DNA of 63,625 nucleotides, counting the filler, from Choristocarpus tenellus KU-1152 (Eukaryota; Protista; Phaeophyceae), in the NCBI GenBank assembly GCA_964200185.2. It is 14 parts of 14 records of this genome, joined end to end, with 100 filler letters (N's around TTAATTAATTAA, not from the genome) between each part and the next. Parts side by side here need not be neighbours in the genome. Positions count along the whole stretch, not along the records: positions 37,355 to 40,414 come from CAXNAD020022608.1; positions 40,515 to 44,566 come from CAXNAD020016467.1; positions 44,667 to 47,750 come from CAXNAD020022437.1; positions 47,851 to 51,852 come from CAXNAD020016723.1; 10 more parts are not named here. One strand, 5' to 3'. Below are positions 38,585 to 51,264 of the stretch, in pieces; position 1 is the first letter of the stretch; each line of letters starts with the position of its first letter. The position numbers and the translations under genes were made by a program. The notes beneath the pieces were generated by a model, which worked only from the letters and a program-made list of their open reading frames with translations, did no database searches and was not told the DNA's origin.

Positions 38585-38960
38585 GGGCGGGAGGCTACAA
38601 CAGGAAATGACCTGTCAAATCCCATTTACGACAGATAGTGTCCGTCACAACGCAAGTGGCTCCAATAAGACTTGTCATAACTTTTAAGCTGGAAGCACCA
38701 GGGAGATAGGCAAGGAGGGGCATGTTAGATTCTTGGGATGCTTCCCTAGTTCCTCACCCGGGGACATAGGGCTAAGCTAACTTGGAGACATAGGAGGGGA
38801 GTGCTGTAAAATACCTGGTAGTATAATAGTAAATAGAGGATAGAAAAATGCCTTTCACATATACGACAACAGTTGCCTTTTCAGGGGTTCTGATATTGAG
38901 TTAGCTTTTCATTGTTTTTTCCCTGGCACATCTGGAAACTATCAGAGGGCATAGTAGTAA
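38585..38960 (+). mobile_element. Longest, diverged copy of the TAA-tailed non-LTR 3' end
   Basis: Aligns with 3363-3643 (GATTCTTGGGATGCTTCCCTAG shared). The upstream frame SHLRQIVSVTTQVA resembles the C-terminal RQxISVxxQ segment of CRE-like REL-endonuclease LINEs (inference). Confidence 0.55.
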
Positions 38961-40238
38961 AACATGTTGACTTCAACCCATGAATTATTCTCTATAAAAA
39001 TCTCGCTAAGGTATGAATCGTGATCCCAAATGCTTTTGGCTAGTTACATATTATTATTCTTTGGCTTAAAGGGTTGTGTATTGTGTGGTGGATGATATTA
39101 TCGACCCCTTCCTCACATTGCCTCCAGTGGCGACCTAGAGCCAGCAACACACTTTCCCTCCCATATTTGGAAATCCAAAATAGTGATGAGTGCAAGACAA
39201 TCTCAATAGTTTTTTGTGTACTCGGTGTTAAGTGAAACTATATTTAGGGCAAGAGGTAAGACGCTTCACTCGCTGAGGTCCGCGAGCATGTACCACATCG
39301 TGGCACGATCCTGGAGGTGAGTAGAAAGGGAGAAGTTTCAGGCTCTGCATGTAGAGATGGATGATATCCAAGAAGTGTTGAGAACGGGTGAACAGAGTGA
39401 CAGGACGTCGCATTGCACAGTTGCGTGTGCAAGCCTCTCTATGGCGGAGGTGGGTAGCAAACTATTGTTGTGGAGAGAAGCAAATCAAATGTAACTTTAC
39501 TTGTTGAGTTACCCTCTTTTTGTGTGTATGTGATGCTTCTAATAAAAATAGCTCCTGAGCTTCCACCTGAACCTAAGTCTGTCAAAGCATCGCGTGGTTT
39601 CCCTGAGAACGAGTTGTAGGATTGAGGTAGAGCAGCAGAGGACATTTTGTTTGTTGTTCAATGTGCACTGGGTAAAAGATGAATAGTTTACCACTTAGAT
39701 ACAGTGGTGAACCATACTGCTGCTTATGTTAATACCATTCATAAATAATTTTCAAAATGAAACATTAAACGCTGGAGAGGTATTAGAATTATGAGAATCA
39801 AGGTGAATGTAGCAGCAAAAGTTCTTGGTCAGATTGATGGATTTAAAATCCCATGCAGCGTCACTGAGACAGTTTCGCGGCTTTACCTGCAGACATGGAT
39901 GGGAAATCGACTTTTTGGGATGCTAAGAAAGATTTAAGTCAGGTTTATATTGTGTTGTAGAGGAGATATTATGTGCTTGTGTGATGGATGTGGTCTGGGC
40001 TCGGGTGAGATTATTCGTTTGCTGAAGAACACTGTATGGGACAAAGCAAGGCAAGTAGGGAGATCAATAGCTTTTCTGGTACATGTTTAGGAGCAGTGTG
40101 GGTTGAGAATGTAGAGCAGATCCCAGCCTTTTGTGTTACGAAGAAAATGGCGAAGTAAGTGTAGTGATAGCCCCCTACCTTGCTGACCTTACGGTTGCAG
40201 GAATGTATTACATTTTGGTTCGAGTTCGCTCCAGGATT

Positions 40239-40414
40239 GTCTCAAAGTATCTGGGGAGGGGGGGGCGGCTGTCCATTTTGGGCCTGTTTTCCATGCCACA
40301 TTTTTGGGGTGATTTGGTTGCATGGGTTGGATGGGTTGGATGGATAATGTAAGTGCACTTCTCCTCGTCAAGGCCCGAATGAACACCCTGGTGTAGACCC
40401 CCCCTCCCCCCCCC
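40239..40414. mobile_element. MITE family B truncated at contig end
   Basis: GTCTCAAAGTATCTGGGGAGGGGGGGCGGCTGTCCATTTTGGG...GGTGTAGACCCCCC. Confidence 0.85.
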
Positions 40415-40514
40415 NNNNNNNNNNNNNNNNNNNNNNNNNNNNNNNNNNNNNNNNNNNNTTAATTAATTAANNNNNNNNNNNNNNNNNNNNNNNNNNNNNN
40501 NNNNNNNNNNNNNN

Positions 40515-40684
40515 GGGGGGGGGGGGGGGATCTACACCAGGGTGTCCATTTGATCCATAACCAGGAAAAGTGCACTTATATTTATCCATCCGACGTATGC
40601 AACGAAATCACCCAAACATCACGACATAAAAAATTGGCCCCAAATGGACAGCCGCCACGCCACCCCCCCCAGATACTTTGAGCC
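40515..40684. mobile_element. MITE family B truncated at contig start
   Basis: TCTACACCAGGGTGTCCATTTG...CCCCAAATGGACAGCC..AGATACTTTGAGCC. Confidence 0.85.
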
Positions 40685-40980
40685 ACACATAGTGTCATTT
40701 TACAAAACCATTGAAATGAGTCAAAATTGGTTTCTGTCCATTTCACTCGCCAACGACACCCACATTCATGCACCTTGATTTGACCAGCAGCGCTTGAAGT
40801 GAGGGAAAGAAGTGTCACTACAAATCCGTTGAAAGGATTTTATATCCGAATTCTAACCATTTCATCTTGTAATGATTCCCACTGATGCCTTGAGCAGCAA
40901 AATTCGTTGTTGAGGAGGTTGCGAAAGTTACCAAACCGTTGAAATTATTTCAATTGTACTCTGTTTTGTTGAATGACTAA

Positions 40981-43900
40981 TGTTTTACTTACGTTGTGTG
41001 TGCTGATACAAGCATATAAATACCGTTTCACGTACGTTTAAATCGGTACAATACGAAGCAGTACCATACGTAACGGTAAGATAAGTCAGTCTTTGGTGAG
41101 TGATAATGGATGACGAATACAGAAGGTTGGCAGAAAGTGAATAAATCAGTGTATGTTTATGATGTAACCCACCAGCTACTTCCGGAGACAAGCCTTTCCT
41201 GCGCAAAGCTATTAAACACGCTTAAGCCTCCTTGGCCAACATACTCTAGCTAGAGGAGGAGTAGGTGGAGCTGGAGTGGTTTGGGGTTGTGAACTTCATT
41301 CATAGTCTTAGATGGGTTCCACATCAAACTCCTTCAACTGTCTGATGACAATTGTTTAGACTGGTTCGCCGCAATGCGTGTCTTCTTGGGTGCAAAAGGT
41401 GACATCGACAAAGCTTTGGAGGAGAGGGAGGACGTAAACTTCTTCTAGGGGGAGGATGTGAAGGAAGATGAGGTTGTCAAGGCCAAAAAGGCGCCTGCAA
41501 CAGTTTGCTTAGGAATACCACTGGCTTCTACAGGTGCATTGTTCGTAATTCAGCGTCACCATCAGAGGCGTAGAGAGGCAATTAGGAGAGCATTTTCTTA
41601 TACACTCAAATGAAGAAATGCCAGGTTCAGGAAATTGCCAGGCTGCAGAAGATGATGAACGTTAAAGATACCTAGGGGGTCCGACCTCCAAATCACCTTT
41701 ACCTACAACATCATGGTATTGGTGAGTGTTTGAGAGCCACAATATGCCCGTTCGCGAAGTTGGACTGGGTGGACCAGATGGCGATGATGGGACATCAGAT
41801 GTGGGAGCAAGTTCTCCAAATTGCTATGCCGGACTGTTTGAATGACGACTACTGGATCACCAAACATTACCAACAACATCATGGTAGTGGTGAGCGTTCG
41901 AGAGCCATGATACAATGCTCTGCTCAGTCGTTTTCTTCCCCTCCAACTTGAAGCAGGGAACCGTGAGGAGCCTGAGAGCGCTCTGGGCGCTAGGACTGTG
42001 AACTCGCAGGCGAGGTCACTGAAGGTCTACTGTGGAGGTGACCACTGTACGATTAGTCACCGTACAGACCCTAGTATGACAAGACCCGTTCCAGGGGTGA
42101 GACAAAGGCATTTGAAAAATGTTTCAAGTGTGGGCTGGTCGGACATGCCAGTCCTTGCACTTCTCTCAAGGACTGTGCAACAGCTGTGGGAGTAAAGGAC
42201 ACCTGCAGAACGTTTGTCGCCAGGGTAGGGCGACTCCGTCAAATCAGGCGGAAGAATTAGCTGGGCCATGATGAGTGGGTCTGTTGCCCTTGTCCCCAAC
42301 TTAGCATTCAATCTCCTATCCTCATGCTCTTCTTGTAAAGCTAAGGGAGTAACCATCAAAGGGACTGGTGATGCTTATTACATATCAGATGGGGAGGGTC
42401 TTCCACCATCCCCATATCTACTGTTGTTCGTGCTAAAGGACCATTCATTTGCATTTTTATTGATCTCACCAGACTCAAGAAAGTACGATCTCTTGGTGGG
42501 GCACTGTACGCCCTGGTTATTGTTGATAATGCTACGCGTTTCATCTGGATATACCTCCTCTCAAGCAAAAGAACGATGCAGGAAAGGCCCTTGGGCGATG
42601 GCCCACGATTGAAGTCATCTCCAGTTGGCGACGCGTTCGATATATCCAACATGATCCTGGGGGTGAGCGGCAAATTGAGGAATTTCAGACTTTAGTGGTG
42701 GAAATGAGTGCAGTGCAGGAAATGACAAGAGCAGGAGAACCCCAGTACAATGGCGAGGCCGAATGTCATATCGCTCAGATTGACAGCAGTGGAAGGGCCA
42801 GCATTTACTATAAAACAGGACAGGGTACGTTTTCCGACTTCTGATTTTGAGCGTGATGATGACAATGTGGATGATACTCTAGGATGCATTCTCCTTCCAC
42901 ATGTGCGACAAAGGACTGCCGAAATTCAGGAGGTGAGAGGTGATGATGATGGAATCTCCTGGATTGAAGGGGGATTAGGTGATGGCGATGAGTCTGGAGA
43001 TGCATAGGTTCATGCTGGTGAAACTGTGGATGGTGACAACAACTGTGATGAAAATGACATCAACTGGATCGGTGGGGACAACGAGAGTGCCGAAGGGGAA
43101 GATGAGACAAAGCAGAACGACAGCCGAAGAGGCCGGAAACTTCGATGTCTCAGTACTGGCAATGGTTACAGTAACACCCTTGCTCATTGCACCAGATATG
43201 GTAACCGCCAACACATATCTGTCAAAACTGCTGTATTTATTATGCCTTCAACTTCTTTTTTATCTGTTTGTTTACATTGAGACTACCGTTATGATATGTG
43301 CGAGTCATGATTCTATTAGAGTGTTAGCGGATGAGCTCCCTCCAGAACCCAAGATTGTAAGAGCAACACGTAGCTCTCCCGAATGTGATTTGTGGGATTG
43401 AGCTAGACCAGAAGAGGTGTCTGGTTTGTTGTTGAATAATGTTTGGGTGGAGGCTGTACTAGCCCTTGGACATAGGGTAATAGATACAAAATGGATCAAA
43501 GTGTCTGGGGGGGGTGGCGGTTGTACATTTGGGGCCCATTTTTTCATGTCGATTTTCGGGTGATTTGGTTCCATACGTTGGATGGATAATGAAAGGGCAC
43601 TTTTCCTGGTTTTGGTTCAAATGGACACTCTGGTGTAGACACCCCCCCAGCCCCCCCCCCCACCACCNNNNNNNNNNGTATACATAAAGAGAAGGTTCAA
43701 AAAGATCTCTTAAAATTCACAAGGGTCAAAATTGCCCCCCCCCCCCCCAGATACTTTGGGCCAATGGATTCACAAACATAAGACTAATAAATTTGGGAGG
43801 TAGTCAGATACAAGGGAACGGTTGGTGGCAAAGGGGTTTGGACAGATTGGGAGTTTAGATTATCAAGATATCTTTCCTCCAACACCGTTGCCTGCGTCTT

Positions 43901-44530
43901 TGAGAATGATTTTAGCACTAGCTGCAGAAAAGGATTGGGAATTGAAGCATTGGGATGTAAAGCAGACTTTTTTACAAACAGAAATTAGTGAAGAGATTTT
44001 TGTTCGTTTATGTGATGGATGTGGTTCATGGTCAGGAAAGATTGTGCATTTTGTGAAAGCTCTTCATACAGGCTAGCAGGGAGTTTCATAATTTGTTGGT
44101 GCACGTTTTTGGAACAATGTGGTTTTGCGCAATGCAGAGCAGATCCCTGTGCGTTATGCCATGTAAGAAATGACGCTTGTGTTATAATAGCTATTCACTT
44201 TGACAGTCTTTTGGTGGCAGTAATACCTGATGTTTTGATTCAGTTTCGCTCCAGGGTCATGAAGCAGTTTTCAATAGAAGATTTTAGGGATCTTGAATAC
44301 GCGTCCAAGTATTGGATTTATTTTTTGTGGTTTTGATACTGAGTATGATTTTAGTACATATGCTGATGCTAATTATGCTGGAGATTGTAACGAATGTAGA
44401 TGAGTGACCGGAAGAGCCATAATGTTTGGTGGAGGAGCAATATTTTGGATGTCAAGAGTTCAAAAGGTTGTAGCTCTGTCCTCAATGGAGAGTGAGTACA
44501 TAGCCCTTAGCAGTGTGGCACAGGAATTAG
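40981..44530 (+). mobile_element. Decayed Ty1/copia LTR retrotransposon (probable 5' LTR ~40981-41241, gag, integrase, RT, RNase H; internal deletions)
   Basis: gag LSDDNCLDWFAAMRVFLGAKG; LVPNLAFNLLS; integrase SLGGALYALVIVDNATRFIWIY; RT DTKW..RLVAKGFGQ..DY..LRMILALAA..WDVKQTFL; RNase H YADANYAGD..GGAIFWMSRVQKVVALSSMESEYIAL. Domain order IN-RT-RH is the copia order. Confidence 0.92.
43494..43762. mobile_element. MITE family B inserted in the copia RT, TSD AATG
   Basis: AATG at 43490-43493 and 43763-43766; removing the element and one TSD restores GAT ACA AAA TGG ATT CAC (DTKWIH). Confidence 0.88.
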
Positions 44531-45021
44531 ATCAAGTATCTGGGGGGGGGTGGTGGTTAGTGAGGGNNNNNNNNNNNNNNNNNNNNNNNNNNNNNNNNNN
44601 NNNNNNNNNNTTAATTAATTAANNNNNNNNNNNNNNNNNNNNNNNNNNNNNNNNNNNNNNNNNNNNCATGATTCCTCTTCCTTCGTAGTCTATGTATCAT
44701 ATACAATGCATTCGATTCAGGTTTCAACACCACACGCACAGGAGGGGGGGAGGTGGGGTATTAGTGGACAATCTGTATGACTGTGTGTATGTGGACAAGA
44801 AGCGGTTTTGCATCCTGGAAGATGGGCAAGGTGTGTACCCACATCCCACTGAGGATCCCCCCAAACCCCCGTAGGCACAGAATAAGCGTTGCATTACAAG
44901 GTGCTCCCGTCCGTCCCCAAAAGGCAATTATTGTGTGATTAGGAAGCTGCTCTCTCTGCTACACAAAGGTAATCGTAGGTGTTGCTGGATACGAGAAAGT
45001 GGATACTTGTAACTATCGTCA

Positions 45022-45280
45022 GAGTGAAAGTATCTTAGAGGGTACGAGTTTTGCCCTGTTTGTCCAGTTGGGGCTTGGCTTCCCACGGGTTTTAAATGAC
45101 ACTTTACCTACTCCAAAACATTTTGGAGTAGGTAAAATGTATACGTTATGAAAAGGAGTGTCCGGAACAAGGATATTGACATCTCCTAGCACATATGATA
45201 GCCAAAATTACATCAAAATTGCAACATTAGATTTTGGCCCCCAAATGGACACGGCTCTACCCTCTAAGATACTTCGACTC
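45022..45280 (-). mobile_element. MITE family A, TSD GTCA
   Basis: TIRs; GTCA at 45018-45021 and 45281-45284. Confidence 0.92.
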
Positions 45281-47135
45281 GTCAGACACCTCCCTCTTGC
45301 CTTCTACCTGTAGTTCAATCATTTGCCAAGCTTCATCGAGAAGATGGTTGGTCCAGAGAGACAAATTAAACAAGAGGTACCCAGGTATTGGCCGTTTTGC
45401 ATTTAAAGCTGTTTATTATTCTTTCACGATTTATATGAATGAAGTCCAAAGTTTGAGATGAGACTTGATTTCTCTATTTCTATACACGTTTGTAAATCTA
45501 GGCGAACTTCCCTGCATATTGTTGTCAGCATCCATAAAAACGCAACTCTAGGTACCTCTCGTTTACATTGACTTATTATATAACACAATCTATTTGATTT
45601 CGTGGTGATTGGCAAGGTCCTGGCACATGATGCCTTCATTGGTATATAGTTCCCTGTTAGCCACTTTGAAGATCGAAGTTCCGCACAGGCAGGCACGCAC
45701 GTACGTTTTAGCTAGGTCGTTTGCTTCTGCACAGGCAGTATGGACCCCTCCTCAATCTTTCCTTCCTGGTGCTGCTGGTGTCCTGTAGCTGCTTACTACT
45801 AGTTTTCATTTCCCTCTTTCCTCCCAAGCACAGCCCACCCATGTCTACCCAGGCACAACCACCCTGTTGCCCTTTTCCTCCTGCAGCATCTGGTTAATCC
45901 CCATCAACCTATCTCATCTGCATCAATTATTAATATTCAAATTCTTTCTTCTAGTCCACATACTCAGTCCGCATAGCACACAACCGATCTAACACTTCCC
46001 CTATTTTGACTGGTGGGGCATAATCGAAATTTTTGTATGCTTTCATGCCCCCTCCTTCTCAAACCTGAATCCCTTCTCCGAAGCTGAAGTCACGAATAAC
46101 CCAAATTTCGTTGGGTTCTTAGTTTCACCTAACAAGGAAATGCGTAAACCAAGTGAATCATGCATAGTTGTTTTGGATTGCAGGTTTTTCCCAAACTCAA
46201 TAAGTAAACTAATCTTTTCCCACATTGCTTCTTTGCCATGTCTGCACTGCAACAATTCCCATACTATAGAACCACATACAAATTTCCTTGTCTCATAAAA
46301 TGCACCAGGTACTCCGCTGGCTCCACTGACACTGATACATCAGTCTCCCGGAAGGCTTCTTTATCTTCAACATATGCTTTAATTGTTCGCCCGTCTAAGT
46401 GTGGGATCCAATAACCCTCGACCCCAACTTTCTTGCCTTTCCCCTACACCTCCTCGCAACATTTGGAATAGGTCTCATGTTGTGCCTTATATATCTTTAG
46501 TCACCTATACCAGTCCTGTTTTGTCGTCTTCAGTACGACCACTGCAGCCTTCAACTTGCATTTGCTTCAAAAATCACCTCTCTTCGTCCCCACATGAATC
46601 TAGGACCCCAGAGGCCAGGCATTAGAACTTGGTTGTGATACGTGACAAACCTGAACCCATTCCAATATTAGGGTCCCAAACTCCTACATCCTTTGTAGAG
46701 ATCGATCACACTGTACTAACTGTCGATTCTCACATACCAAGTGCTCTCTTCGAGGCAGTTATGTCACAGGCGATATGTCTTGATGGCGGTTCATAAACAC
46801 CATTATGACATTGAAGTTCTAGATTTGATATATTTGTACTTCTTGACTTTTTATTTATTATTTGGTCATTATCGTCCCCGATTGTGGTAAGACATCGTAG
46901 ACCAGTTCCTTTCTTTATATGACGATAATGACGATAATGACGATATTCCAAGTGACAGATCCAGCATACTTGACGACTTGTGCATCAGGAGTCCTATACG
47001 TACATCGGCATCATCTATACGACCGTGGATTGGAACTATACATCCTGGGGAGGTAAGCTTTGAGGGGCGCCTTTAACATGGAGGTCTAACCGAGACTGGA
47101 GGTCCTACCAGCCCTCTTCAAACATTTAGGATTCC

Positions 47136-47218
47136 TTGCTTGTTCTACCTGGATTGTGTTCTTGTTCTACCTGGATCGTTTTCTGGTTCCACCTGGATTG
47201 TTTTCTTGTTCCACCTGA
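47136..47218. repeat. ~22-bp degenerate tandem repeat (CTTGTTCTACCTGGATTGTGTT) x4
   Basis: Direct tandem copies. Confidence 0.75.
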
Positions 47219-47863
47219 GTTTGTGGTCTTCATTCGTCGCCTACGAGATTCCCTCCCTGGGCTCGTCGTCTTCATGGGTCGGAGGGCTTCTGTGGCTCTG
47301 AGGAATCGCCCCTCGTTAGCTGTAATAAGAGTGGCCTCCGATCGCCACATCATCCACCTATAGTCGTAAACGAGTGGTTTTCGACCGCCATAGTATAGAC
47401 GTTGCATAGGTAGTTCTTCCTCGCCATTCGTACACTCAACATTCCCGATCTGTTGTCTTTTTATCCCACAGGTTTAGTCGGAACTGGGTCCCTAGGTTAC
47501 AATAAAACTGGCAGAGTGGGAACAGATATTCGATTAGACTCTTCCAGCTCTATCGGACAGTTACGGTAAAATATGTATGGAGTAATGGAACAATCAATTA
47601 GTGGTTGAGGTATCAGAACCTTTTACTAGTGATTAATTGAATGAGAATTTTTCTCATGTAAAAGGAAATATTTCTGATTTTATGGAGTGCTGCATCCCCC
47701 ACCTAAATATAATCACTCTACAGACACAAAGCAATCTCGCCGGGCCCATCNNNNNNNNNNNNNNNNNNNNNNNNNNNNNNNNNNNNNNNNNNNNTTAATT
47801 AATTAANNNNNNNNNNNNNNNNNNNNNNNNNNNNNNNNNNNNNNNNNNNNTTTGTTGGGGGGT

Positions 47864-47899
<36 letters not shown>

Positions 47900-48125
47900 C
47901 TGGGTTGTTCTTTAAAATCCTCCTGCTCTATAATCTCCTACCCTTTCTTTTTGGTAGGGTAAGTGAGTAAGGACTATCGTAGATTCGCAACTAATGTCTA
48001 CACTTGGTATTCTACAATTATTTTAATGATGTAAACGAAAAAGGGGAAGTATAAATGTATTGACACTTGAAAAGCATTTCAGGTATCACTCTCAAAAATG
48101 TGTGCAAACATTAAACTTAAAAATG

Positions 48126-48325
48126 CATACATACATACATACATACATACATACATACATTGCAGACTGTATGTGTTATGTATGTTTTTATGTATGTATG
48201 TATGTGTGTATGTATGTATGTATGTATGTGTGTGTATGCATTATGTATGTATTTGCGTATGTGTGTATTATTTGTATGTATTTGTGTATGTGTGTTATGT
48301 GTATGTATGTATGTATGTATGTATT
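48126..48325. repeat. (CATA)n followed by degenerate (TATG)n microsatellite
   Basis: Simple-sequence tract; explains the YVCM/HTYI ORFs. Confidence 0.9.
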
Positions 48326-48845
48326 TGTTGTACGCAAAAGGTACGAAGCACTACGTATCAAATTTGGTCTCACTTTTTTTTTCCTCTTTTTTGATAAAAA
48401 AAAAAACAGTTGTGTCCGGTCTTTTGTGAATCCAAGTGAGAACCCGTTCTAAGGTTAAATTAGAAGCTCTCTCTTGAGTCCAAATGACAGTCATTTCTTT
48501 TACCAAGTCCAATTGGGGTTTAACCTCCCGTCTCCAGCGAGCACAAAGGTGTGACCGAGCCTGAACCATAGTTTATACTTCACGCCTTGTTGCACAGTAC
48601 AAACCCCTGTATACATAATTAGGGTTAGGGATATAACCTGAGTAATATTTTCCCTCGTGTACAGAAATACCTTAAGTCGTCTGTCAAAAGTACAGGTCTG
48701 GTCCTCTCCTCCTCCAATCCGGCAATAGTGTCTTCCCACTCTCTTTTCTACTATTAATCCGACACCGTGCTTATCGGAATAATCCCTCCCCCCCTGATGC
48801 TGATGGCCACCGACGCTGCCGATGATATTCCTTCCTCTCACCAAG

Positions 48846-51264
48846 GTTGCCATAGACCTGGGTCGAATCAAGACCGACTATAAGCTACTCCTCACCGGTA
48901 CCTTTATACAAAACGACCTCGCAGAGCTCTGGGCACTGTTTTCGTTTTTACACCCTGAGAGGTTTCCCACACTACAGGACTGGCAGGTGATGTGTCCACG
49001 TTTCCGTCGTCTATGTTACCGTCTACCTTTCTATGTTACCGTCTACCTTTCTATGTGCGTGTTGTATGTCTGTTATGTGTATGTTATGTGTATGTTATGT
49101 GTATGTTATGTGTATGTTGTGTGTGTGTGTGTGTGTGTGTGCTGCGTTCTTGTCTTTTTCTGTTATGTGTCCATTATGTGCATATTATGTGTATTCTATG
49201 TGTATATGTGGTGTGTTTTGTGTTGGTTTGTCTGTGCTTGTCAACTGTAACAGAGACAAAGAATAAGGTATCTCTGACCTCCTCCCTGTAGACTCACACC
49301 GATCCCCTGTCTCTGTTGGAGTCCTTCATGAAATCGAAATTCTACCATGGAATGTTAACTGTTTAGCTACTATTTAACTATTTTATTATCCTGGTATGTG
49401 AGAATGTCCTGTTTTTTTTCATGCTATTTTTTTAGGGTTAGGGTTAGGGTTAGGGTTAGGGTAATGCCTTTGGTTGGTGGAACGAGGGGGGAGAGGGGGT
49501 GGAGACGTTGCCTGATGAAGGGTACTACTCCCTTACAAACTGTGATTTACTAATGAATGTAACCACACGTCAGAGTGATATTTAACAGTAACATAGTACC
49601 ATGTTAACAACAGCATGAATATACTTTGATAGGGTCAGTTATAACAAATTTAGCATGTCTTTGCATTCCCATGCAGACACTATCCACATACTGCACCCCT
49701 ATTGTTTTTGCTTTTTTGAATTATGTATTAACCTTTTTCAAGTATGGCTTACCTCTTTTGAAGTATGGCTTAACATTTTTGAAGTATGGCTTAACTCTTT
49801 TGAAGTATGACTGACTGGTGCTACTAGGAACACTGGTTGTCCTTTCAAAAATGACGCCTTAAATATCTATATCAATCACCCTCTTTTGGGGGGTCATACC
49901 TTGGTATTGATATTGGTCATCCCTTGGTCCCTGTTACTGCAGGATCGGTTTGGAGAGACAGTGGACTCTGGAGATCAGTTGCGTAAGCTGACTACAGTGG
50001 TGAAGCCATATGTTCTGCGGAGAATGAAGGCGGATGTCACCGGTCTGTCTCAAGCAGCAGATACTTCAGAAATTGTCATAATTATATTTTTTATTGGGGT
50101 TAGGGGTTTAGAGCTTGAGTTATTTCTTTTTTATTATTAGTGGTTCTGTTTTGGTTTGGTATTGTTAATCCTCTTGCGTGTGTGTGCCAATGAAGTATTA
50201 GTAGTTTCTATGGAGGTTTTTCTCAAGTATGTGTGTGTGTGTGTGTGTGTGTGTATGAAATTTTCCCCTAGTACCTGCAGGATACTTGATTTAACGAACT
50301 TCAACCCCTTCCCCACCCCATCAACCGTACCCCTCTCCCCCCCTGCCTGTAGATCGGGTGCTGGATGGCTTGGGGAAGACTGTGTTTGTCTAGGGGGCAG
50401 TGAAAAATGACAATCTCCTGACTCCCTCCTCTCCTATTCAATGAACAAATTTCACTTGACTGTTATTTTATTTATTGTACAGTGGAGTACTAACAATACT
50501 ACTAAAAGTAGTACTGATAATGCCACTAATAGTACTGCTGGCAATACATGAACTGCCATTATCAATAGAGCCAGTATACAGCACAGGGGAATAGTACTGA
50601 TAATTGCACTGATAATAGCAGTGTTTGTGTATTGTGAGTGAGAGTGATTGGACTTAAAGTGTCAGGGGGGTTAGGCTAGGGTCAGGGCTAGAGTTACTCT
50701 TTTGAGAATAAAAAATAAAAAGTAGAAGTGTGTACCCCTCCCGCATAGGAAGAGAATAAAAAAGAAAGAAAAAGAGGTTTGACGTCTACCTCCAAGGAAT
50801 CGTAAAGAATCATACCCCAACACAAAGCCGAGGGTGAATGGATACAAAACAGAAGGACAACGCAATTTGATTGGTCGAATGTGCTATGCTGTCGACTTTG
50901 CATCGTTTGACAGTTACGATTGTTGCTCTTTGTTTGACACTGTACAAACACCAACCCCAACCCATGTCCTAACCCGAGCACATGCTTCAACCCACGCCCT
51001 AATCGTAATCCTTGGGTTAACCCTAGCCCTAACCCTATCCTTATCTTGAATGCATGCCCTGACGCTAGCTCTAACCCTAGCACCTTTAATCCTGATGCTA
51101 GGTTCATCACACGCCCGAACCCATGTCTTAACCCTATCCCTGACTCAATGTCAATAGCGGAATTGAAGCCATTGGAGGAGACTCTGGTATGGGTAGAGCT
51201 GACACCCTTTCAGAAGAGGTGCTACCGAGCTATCTATGAGCGCAACGCCTCCTTACTTTTACAG
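48846..51264 (+). CDS. SNF2-family chromatin remodeller (CHD6-9/Kismet-like), internal exons 48846-48986, 49943-50042, 51158-51264
   Basis: Spliced in frame: [29 protein letters not shown]..|..[14 protein letters not shown]|[30 protein letters not shown] (motif III, LRRxKxDV, and the EETxxxVELTxxQKxxYRAI segment typical of CHD7-class). Confidence 0.92.
49432..49461. repeat. Interstitial telomeric (TTAGGG)5 in an intron
   Basis: Perfect TTAGGG array. Shorter arrays at ~15318, ~20171, ~22798, 24320-24343 (CCCTAA), ~48619, ~51018, ~51468 and 53359-53385. Confidence 0.85.
49732..49810. repeat. 21-bp minisatellite (TTTTGAAGTATGGCTTAACNC) x4
   Basis: Direct tandem copies in an intron. Confidence 0.85.

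Noticed and set aside
38007-39942. Possible gene (MAFKLACEECSKKTK exon; DMDGKSTFWD WD40-like piece)
   Set aside because: I could not join the exons into a consistent stop-free frame.
48060-49291. Cys/Val/Tyr/Met-rich ORFs
   Set aside because: These are translations of TATG/TG microsatellites; only 48846-48986 is a real exon.
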